Shown in pieces: positions 47,922 through 53,277 of a DNA stretch of 53,277 nt (position 1 is its first letter; every line of letters begins with the position of its first letter). The notes below the pieces were generated by a model. The model was not told the origin of the DNA, did not search any database, and worked only from the letters and a program-made list of their open reading frames with translations. The translations under genes and the position numbers were made by a program. The DNA is from a virus (taxonomy: Duplodnaviria; Caudoviricetes), in IMG/VR virus record IMGVR_UViG_3300030104_000348, positions 1-53,277 of that record. One strand, given 5' to 3'.

Positions 47922-48377
47922 TTAACTCAAGCCTACTGCTTTCATACGAGATATAAGTCTGTCTGCTCGATTTGTTACCTGTTTGTACCATCTTGAATCT
48001 TTCATTTGGTTTGCAGTTTCTAACCAATCACCATCTTTAATAGCCTGTATCATCTTTTTAAATTTAGATAGTCTTGGTCTGCCCATATTAAACATCATAT
48101 TAGCTGTAATTAATTTTACCTCTTCTGGAAGATTAGTCCAATCAACAAATAATATTTTACATTCATCAACTGTTACTTGGATATCTTGTTCAAAGACTTC
48201 GTTAACCCTAATTTCATCCACCACTGTTCCCACTTCTTTTTGGTATTCTGGGTCTCTTTCAGTAACGAGATGTCCGATGCCAAACGTAGGTAAGCCAAGG
48301 TGGTCCAAATATATTTCGTATTTACATCCTTCATCTATTTTTAATTCCTCTCTTAGTCTGTCGGTAAATGTTTCCAT
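47922..48377 (-). CDS. T4-type lysozyme (GH24) endolysin
   Basis: DEG...Y.D..G..T.GIGH, NMMFNMG, SRWYKQV.NRA. Confidence 0.9.
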   Translation of the reverse strand: METFTDRLREELKIDEGCKYEIYLDHLGLPTFGIGHLVTERDPEYQKEVGTVVDEIRVNEVFEQDIQVTVDECKILFVDWTNLPEEVKLITANMMFNMGRPRLSKFKKMIQAIKDGDWLETANQMKDSRWYKQVTNRADRLISRMKAVGLS

Positions 48378-48625
48378 TAATTATCCTTTTTATTATGTAG
48401 TTGAAACAAAGACTCTATTTTTTTCTCTGTTTCTTTTACTGAACTTTCAGTTCTTACTGAACTTACAAAATTATTTTGTATTTTTTCATTTGCACTTTTA
48501 CAGTCTTCTTCTAACTTATTGACATCTTTTCTTAATGTAGTTACTTCGGTATGTAATTTAACGGCTACAACTAAAGCACCTAGAAAAAATATTAGTTGTT
48601 CCCAATATTGTAAAATCCCCTGCAT
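48377..48625 (-). CDS. TM + coiled-coil protein
   Basis: N-terminal hydrophobic helix, coupled to lysozyme. Confidence 0.6.
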   Translation of the reverse strand: MQGILQYWEQLIFFLGALVVAVKLHTEVTTLRKDVNKLEEDCKSANEKIQNNFVSSVRTESSVKETEKKIESLFQLHNKKDN

Positions 48626-48631
48626 AAAAAT

Positions 48632-48808
48632 TTAATGTTTTTTTGTTTTAAGTCTCTCATTTTCTTTTAATAATATATAATAGGCTTTTGTTAATTCTTT
48701 ATTGTCTTCTTTTAGTACATATATAGTTTGCTGTGCAACTAAAAGTTCTCTTCTTATTATTTCTTCAAATGTATCTTCGTGGTTATTCCACCCATTTGCT
48801 TCAATCAC
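48632..48808 (-). CDS. coiled-coil hypothetical protein (58 aa), not in ORF track
   Basis: GTGA-coupled; MIEANGWNNHEDTFEE... Confidence 0.55.
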   Translation of the reverse strand: MIEANGWNNHEDTFEEIIRRELLVAQQTIYVLKEDNKELTKAYYILLKENERLKTKKH

Positions 48809-49059
48809 TTCTTACTACCTAAAGCACTAAAACCGAAGTATGCTCCAACCAGTCCACACATTGAAATATATTGTGTCATAAGTATACTTTCTGCTTCTGC
48901 GAGTCTGTCTGGGAATGCCAAAGTCAGGATAGTGGTAATACCCATAAGAATAATTAAAACCCATGCCATTCTCCTTTTGTTTACCTGATATGCTATTTTA
49001 TCAGGTATTAAATCATTACTACTGCATTTGCAGTTTTCTTTGCCACACGCACAGGTCAC
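48805..49059 (-). CDS. two-TM membrane protein, holin candidate
   Basis: KRRMAW + two hydrophobic helices, VGAYFG. Confidence 0.55.
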   Translation of the reverse strand: MTCACGKENCKCSSNDLIPDKIAYQVNKRRMAWVLIILMGITTILTLAFPDRLAEAESILMTQYISMCGLVGAYFGFSALGSKK

Positions 49060-49841
49060 GAGTAACTAAGTTCTCTTCGTTTTTTAGAAGGCTTTGGAGG
49101 AGGTGGAGGATTTTTACCTCTTTGGTAGTTTTTAGCCCTTTCTTCTTGTGTTTTAGATACTAATTTTGCTTTTGCTGTAGCGTGTGCTTTTTTTAAACGA
49201 CTTGGACTTTTTTTATTTGCTTCTTTTAAATATCTTTCCATAGCTTGTTTCATCTTAGCCGGAGACATTTGTCCTCTTGTTCTTGGATTACTACCTTTAG
49301 GTAAACCTCTTAATAATGCTCTTTGTCTTGCTCTAGCCCTTGCTAATGCTCTTCTTCGTAATATTTCCTGTCTTTGTCTTTGTGCTTCACTTGTAGGTCT
49401 ACGTCTTCTCCCTCTTGGTGGCATAGGCATAGGTGTAGGTGTACGTCTTCTTTTTATTGGTTTTTTCTTTAGTGGATTATTTGGATCAAATCCTTTTTCA
49501 CCTTTTACATAATATTTCTCAGAATAACTTCTTTTTCTTGGTAGCATAGGTCTACCTTCAGCAGTAGGTCTACGTCTTTGTGGTCTATCTATACCTTTTG
49601 CTCTTTCTCTAGGTTTAGGATCAGGAGTAGGTCTACGTCTTCTTCTTGGTGGCATAGGCATAGGTGTAGGTCTACGTCTTCTTCCTTTTGTTGGCATAGG
49701 AGCATCTTTTACTTTCGTAGCTTTTCTAGCATTTAAACTTTGTAATTTTTTCATTAAAGAACTTATTTTTTTTGTGTCATTATTTTGCATAGCTTTATCT
49801 AGTTGGGCTTTATAGTATGCTTCTGGGATAGGTCGGCTCAT
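49056..49841 (-). CDS. Arg/Pro-rich basic repeat protein
   Basis: RRRRPT and PTPMPMPP repeats; coupled to both neighbours. Confidence 0.7.
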   Translation of the reverse strand: MSRPIPEAYYKAQLDKAMQNNDTKKISSLMKKLQSLNARKATKVKDAPMPTKGRRRRPTPMPMPPRRRRRPTPDPKPRERAKGIDRPQRRRPTAEGRPMLPRKRSYSEKYYVKGEKGFDPNNPLKKKPIKRRRTPTPMPMPPRGRRRRPTSEAQRQRQEILRRRALARARARQRALLRGLPKGSNPRTRGQMSPAKMKQAMERYLKEANKKSPSRLKKAHATAKAKLVSKTQEERAKNYQRGKNPPPPPKPSKKRRELSYS

Positions 49842-50251
49842 TTTTTTGCTCCTCTGTTATTCATTATTTGCAATCCTTGTTTACCGAACCTGTAGCCAAA
49901 GGATGCTCCTATGCTAATATATAAACAATTAGCAAACCAAGAAGGTGTGTTGGCATTTAAAAAATCAAAACCTTCTTTTACATAAGGTTGTGTCCAAGGT
50001 AGAAAACACCCTACTAAGATACCACCAAAAATTATTGTCCAAAATTCATCTTTCCACGAACCTGCCATTTGTGCTGTAAGGTTCTGTTCCATAAGCATAG
50101 AAGATGTAGCTTCTGTCTCATATACTTTAGCTTCAGCTTTAGCACGAGCAACCTTTACGTCTGTCTCGGCTTTAGCTTTATCCATTTTACCTTGTAACCA
50201 AGTTCCTGCAAGATTACTAATAGGTCCTAATATTGTACTTAATCCAAGCAT
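49838..50251 (-). CDS. holin-like membrane protein
   Basis: SWKDEFW followed by TM helices, SFGYR. Confidence 0.55.
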   Translation of the reverse strand: MLGLSTILGPISNLAGTWLQGKMDKAKAETDVKVARAKAEAKVYETEATSSMLMEQNLTAQMAGSWKDEFWTIIFGGILVGCFLPWTQPYVKEGFDFLNANTPSWFANCLYISIGASFGYRFGKQGLQIMNNRGAKK

Positions 50252-50334
50252 TTTTTTTGTCCTGATAAATATTTTATTTCTTTTACATTAATTTTAAATA
50301 AATTAGTTATCCAATCAATAAATCGTTCTAGCAT
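50239..50334 (-). CDS. possible 31-aa peptide, not in ORF track
   Basis: TAATG-coupled; MLERFIDWITNLFK... Confidence 0.35.
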   Translation of the reverse strand: MLERFIDWITNLFKINVKEIKYLSGQKKCLD

Positions 50335-50627
50335 TACCACTTTACCTTATCTGCCCAATAAGCCGCTGACATTTTACCTTTTTTAATATTTTTACCATGT
50401 CTAGCTTTAAATGACTTACGTTTTGCTTTCATTCTAGCAGACTCACCTTTTTTAGGTTTACCTGCTGTTCCTTTTAACTCACCAACTTTTTTACCCTGTT
50501 GACCAAAACGTATTATTTTTTCCTTACCACCCTCACATGCTTTTACTATATGTGATTTAGTAGGATGGTCAGGAGTTCGCCTTGGTTTGTTACAAGGCAT
50601 TTTAGCTTTATCTACACGTTCTCCCAT
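50334..50627 (-). CDS. conserved small basic phage protein
   Basis: IIRFGQQG, SFKARH, SAAYWA..KW; start moved to MGERV after AAGG. Confidence 0.7.
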   Translation of the reverse strand: MGERVDKAKMPCNKPRRTPDHPTKSHIVKACEGGKEKIIRFGQQGKKVGELKGTAGKPKKGESARMKAKRKSFKARHGKNIKKGKMSAAYWADKVKW

Positions 50628-50628
50628 T

Positions 50629-50760
50629 TTAACCTTGAAAGAATATGTGATAAACAAGTAAAGCTATGATAAGTAATTTACCATAGTCTAAATCAAATTT
50701 AGTTCCTTCACCAAATCTTTTATTCCATACATCTAATTTAATTTTATTCCAATCAATCAT
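50629..50760 (-). CDS. small membrane protein (43 aa), not in ORF track
   Basis: ATGA-coupled, AGGAG RBS; ...DLDYGKLLIIALLVYHIF. Confidence 0.6.
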   Translation of the reverse strand: MIDWNKIKLDVWNKRFGEGTKFDLDYGKLLIIALLVYHIFFQG

Positions 50761-50972
50761 GTTGGTTCTCCTGTTCCTGTAGGACTACCTATATAAACAC
50801 ATGTACTATACCCATTTAAGTATTGAGGGTCTTGTGTTATTTTAGCCCTTGCATTTTCTATGTATCCATAGCAAGTTTCTCTTGATGAAAAAGGGAAATT
50901 AACCATCGGAAAATTTACCCATGTAGCACCGTCACCCAATGCCCATAATATTGTTATTACTGGTATCCACAT
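50757..50972 (-). CDS. small exported Cys-pair protein
   Basis: hydrophobic N-terminus, F.S.E.C...C. Confidence 0.6.
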   Translation of the reverse strand: MWIPVITILWALGDGATWVNFPMVNFPFSSRETCYGYIENARAKITQDPQYLNGYSTCVYIGSPTGTGEPT

Positions 50973-50974
50973 TT

Positions 50975-51160
50975 TTAATCGCCTTTCTTAGGTATACAAT
51001 AAACTTTGAGAAAGATTTTGTCTCCTGCCTGTCTTTGATGTAAATCTTGCTGTCGCATTTTTCCTGCATATTCAAGGCACGTATCCAAATCATTGAAGTA
51101 GACATTTTCTTTAATCTCTGTTCCTTGTAAAATTACATATAAAACCCATAAAAGTTTCAC
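50975..51160 (-). CDS. small exported Cys-pair protein
   Basis: hydrophobic N-terminus, F..LDTC...YC.P. Confidence 0.6.
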   Translation of the reverse strand: MKLLWVLYVILQGTEIKENVYFNDLDTCLEYAGKMRQQDLHQRQAGDKIFLKVYCIPKKGD

Positions 51161-51163
51161 TAT

Positions 51164-51192
51164 ATGATACCATGTTTATATGTTTTTGTCAA
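51164..51192 (-). promoter_or_regulatory. sigma70-like promoter
   Basis: TTGACA-17-TATCAT with TG extended -10. Confidence 0.6.
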
Positions 51193-51440
51193 GTAAATTG
51201 TCTATATCGCTTGACCTTTTTTGCAATACCTTTAGGTTGTTTAGTAAACTGTTTACCTGTTTTCTTGCCTTTTCTTTTTGCCTTTGTCGTTGCTGCGTAC
51301 TCTTGTGGACTTAATGCTTTTATTGCCGCTGTTGGTAAGTATCTTTCTCCAGTTTTCGATGAGGGCTTTCCAGACTTCGTTCTCCATTTCTGTTTACTCC
51401 ATGCTTTTAATGATCTTTGTGATTTTTTTAATGCTGCCAT
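51189..51440 (-). CDS. small basic protein (DUF5872-like C-terminal half)
   Basis: QRSLKAW..QKWRTK, RYLP. Confidence 0.7.
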   Translation of the reverse strand: MAALKKSQRSLKAWSKQKWRTKSGKPSSKTGERYLPTAAIKALSPQEYAATTKAKRKGKKTGKQFTKQPKGIAKKVKRYRQFT

Positions 51441-51754
51441 TAGTCTTTAAATTGTTCCTTTATACTTTTAATTACACTTTTAATATCAAAAGGTTCTTCA
51501 TTTGGTCTATAAGGACATTTATACTGTCTAGGACAAGGTCCTGCATCATATGGTACATATTCTCTATATTGAGTATTATTTGCTCCTACAAATACACAAA
51601 CCCTTTGATTATTTCCTAATATCTGACTTGCTAATCTACACGTAGTCATTTTAGGTTCTTTATCTTTTGAAAATGCTACTATTCCAAATAAGATAGCAAA
51701 ACTAATAATTATTAAAATTATTAAACAGAAACGCTGATTATCCATATCATCCAA
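51440..51754 (-). CDS. membrane-anchored Cys-containing protein
   Basis: TM helix, TCRL, CVF.GAN, CP..Y.C. Confidence 0.65.
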   Translation of the reverse strand: MDDMDNQRFCLIILIIISFAILFGIVAFSKDKEPKMTTCRLASQILGNNQRVCVFVGANNTQYREYVPYDAGPCPRQYKCPYRPNEEPFDIKSVIKSIKEQFKD

Positions 51755-52200
51755 CCTATTGCACTTAATCCTATTAAAGATGTTATGCCTATGATTGTGT
51801 AGTCTCTTATCTTACGTTGTTGTTCTTCTTTTGCGTAGATAGCTTTCTGTCTAGCTTTACGTAATCTACCTTCTTCCCTTAATAAATCATCCCATGCTTG
51901 TGTACCATAGTGGGCAATTAAAAAATTTCGTAGTTCTTCTCTTTGTTTTTCTAGTTTCTTTTTAGCTGAAAAACTTTCTATTGCTACTTGCTCAATAGAC
52001 CCATTAAATAGTTTGTCTAAAGCTGTAGGATTATTAGCATTTCTATGTACATTATCTACATCACTTACAGCCGTCATCCATTTGCCTAATTCAGATGACA
52101 TGTCTTCAATTTCTTTGCCTATCATTATAGCTTTTTTAATAGCATTATAGGCTGTGGTTGCACCTGTAACAGCTGCAGAAAGGGTTAGTGGGTCTATCAT
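51721..52200 (-). CDS. coiled-coil protein with C-terminal TM
   Basis: MIDP.T..A start, C-terminal hydrophobic helix. Confidence 0.7.
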   Translation of the reverse strand: MIDPLTLSAAVTGATTAYNAIKKAIMIGKEIEDMSSELGKWMTAVSDVDNVHRNANNPTALDKLFNGSIEQVAIESFSAKKKLEKQREELRNFLIAHYGTQAWDDLLREEGRLRKARQKAIYAKEEQQRKIRDYTIIGITSLIGLSAIGWMIWIISVSV

Positions 52201-52218
52201 GTTGGGGTATCCTAAAGT

Positions 52219-52371
52219 TTAATTTAATAACCAGTCAAAAAAACTTTTCCCCTTTTCCTCTGAAGTTATTTTTTCTAACCAGTCAAAAAATGGTTGTGAT
52301 GGTTTTGGCAATTCTTCTATTGCCACATTTATTGTTTGTAGATCGTTTATTTCTTGAATTTCTTCAGACAT
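52219..52371 (-). CDS. 50-aa peptide with duplicated FFDWL, not in ORF track
   Basis: GGAGG RBS, TAATG coupling. Confidence 0.55.
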   Translation of the reverse strand: MSEEIQEINDLQTINVAIEELPKPSQPFFDWLEKITSEEKGKSFFDWLLN

Positions 52372-52676
52372 TAAGTATATCCTCCACCTGCTTTTTTATA
52401 TCTATTTGCAAGTAACTGTGCTTTTCTAGCTGACCATTGTCCCGGATTACCACCTTTACTACCTGCTTTGATAGAGTTAAATAATCTTTTACGCATTGTC
52501 GGTTTTGTATAGTTACCTGCTTTATTTACAGTACTACCACCTGCCTTTAATTTTATGGCTGATAAAGTTTTAGCTTGACCTGCGTGTGCCTTACTAGCTT
52601 TCTTTAACTTACCTGCTACTTTTTTTATTGTCTTTTTTGCTTTTGCTGTCATTGTTACTCTCATATAAGTTATCAA
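52371..52676 (-). CDS. small basic protein (DUF5872-like N-terminal half)
   Basis: NYTKP..R, GG.PGQWSARKAQL, YKKAGGGY; true start probably MTAKAK. Confidence 0.7.
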   Translation of the reverse strand: MITYMRVTMTAKAKKTIKKVAGKLKKASKAHAGQAKTLSAIKLKAGGSTVNKAGNYTKPTMRKRLFNSIKAGSKGGNPGQWSARKAQLLANRYKKAGGGYT

Positions 52677-53277
52677 ATGTAATACTAGGGTCTAAATAGC
52701 TTTCGTGGCTTTCTGCTGAGTGTGTCCACTGAGATGGTGTAAAGTCTGGAGCACCTTCCCCAGTAGCCCACAACGCAGGGCTTGTTGCACGGACTCTATT
52801 ATTAGGTAAAGCAACAAAGTTTCCTGTCCACTTTCCTGCATCTAGCAGATATAACACATGTGACTGTTTATGCTGTGCAGGATCATCTGCTATGTCACTA
52901 TCTGTGTAGTCCACTGTAAATAAATATTTACCTTTGTAAAACTCTCCACCAATCTTACAAAGCCAAGGGCTAGAACTTACTCTGTCCATCACGACTACAC
53001 TGTGATTTCTAGATTCACAATCCCAAGGTTGTGCTAAATGGTCTTCCATAGGTTCTGACCATTCATCTAGTGGTATATCAGCTACGAGTGCCTGTATAGG
53101 CATCCTAGCCCACATTGCTCCACCATGTATATTTGTTTCAGGTCCATCTTCAAAGTCTGCTTCGCAACCTGTAAATACTAGTTGAAAGCTGAGTGACCTG
53201 TCAGGTATTGTATTAACTGCAAATACCATCGCATGTAAAAACTCTCCGTGATACTGCTGATGGTTTGACGTAAACTC
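52609..53277 (-). CDS. conserved phage hypothetical protein, 5'-truncated by window
   Basis: frame open to window edge (..YHGEFLHAMVF); GGAMWARMP, QPWDC, YLFTVDY, PNNR. Confidence 0.75.
   Translation of the reverse strand, partial: EFTSNHQQYHGEFLHAMVFAVNTIPDRSLSFQLVFTGCEADFEDGPETNIHGGAMWARMPIQALVADIPLDEWSEPMEDHLAQPWDCESRNHSVVVMDRVSSSPWLCKIGGEFYKGKYLFTVDYTDSDIADDPAQHKQSHVLYLLDAGKWTGNFVALPNNRVRATSPALWATGEGAPDFTPSQWTHSAESHESYLDPSITFDNLYESNNDSKSKKDNKKSSR

Noticed and set aside
47836-48027. 63-aa ORF overlapping lysozyme
   Set aside because: Over half overlaps the lysozyme and no clear start; the 3' basic part may be a real peptide but is unsupported
1-53277. tRNA genes, attP core and terminal repeats
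   Set aside because: No cloverleaf or end-to-end repeat recognised by eye; the right end cuts a gene so the termini are not both in the window

Overview
Near-complete genome of an AT-rich marine podovirus resembling HMO-2011-type phages of marine Alphaproteobacteria. The diagnostic is a family A DNA polymerase carrying a DnaJ-type CxxCxGxG zinc-finger insert, together with a tyrosine integrase, separate primase and helicase, class II RNR and MazG, and no phage RNA polymerase. The + strand arm (1-19728) holds small early genes, a C5 methyltransferase, SleB hydrolase, DenV-like glycosylase, DUF932, integrase and replication/nucleotide genes. The converging - strand arm (19725-53277) holds internal virion proteins, tail, capsid, scaffold, portal, terminase, lysis and small basic proteins; its first gene is cut by the window edge. 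Main unexplained signals: (1) four copies of a 17-bp palindrome GGTTAGAAATTCTAACC that split the early region into promoter-containing gene units; (2) a symmetric CC/(C)YAC internal-loop RNA element in the scaffold and capsid leaders; (3) CCWGG avoidance, with 15/15 Pro-Gly pairs using CCS-GG; (4) a shared x-x-GG motif on late proteins, one of which carries an ADP-ribosyltransferase-like domain; (5) the same ~70-aa module in both tail adaptor and nozzle; (6) unannotated early micro-ORFs. All family calls are by eye from motifs; no database search was run.
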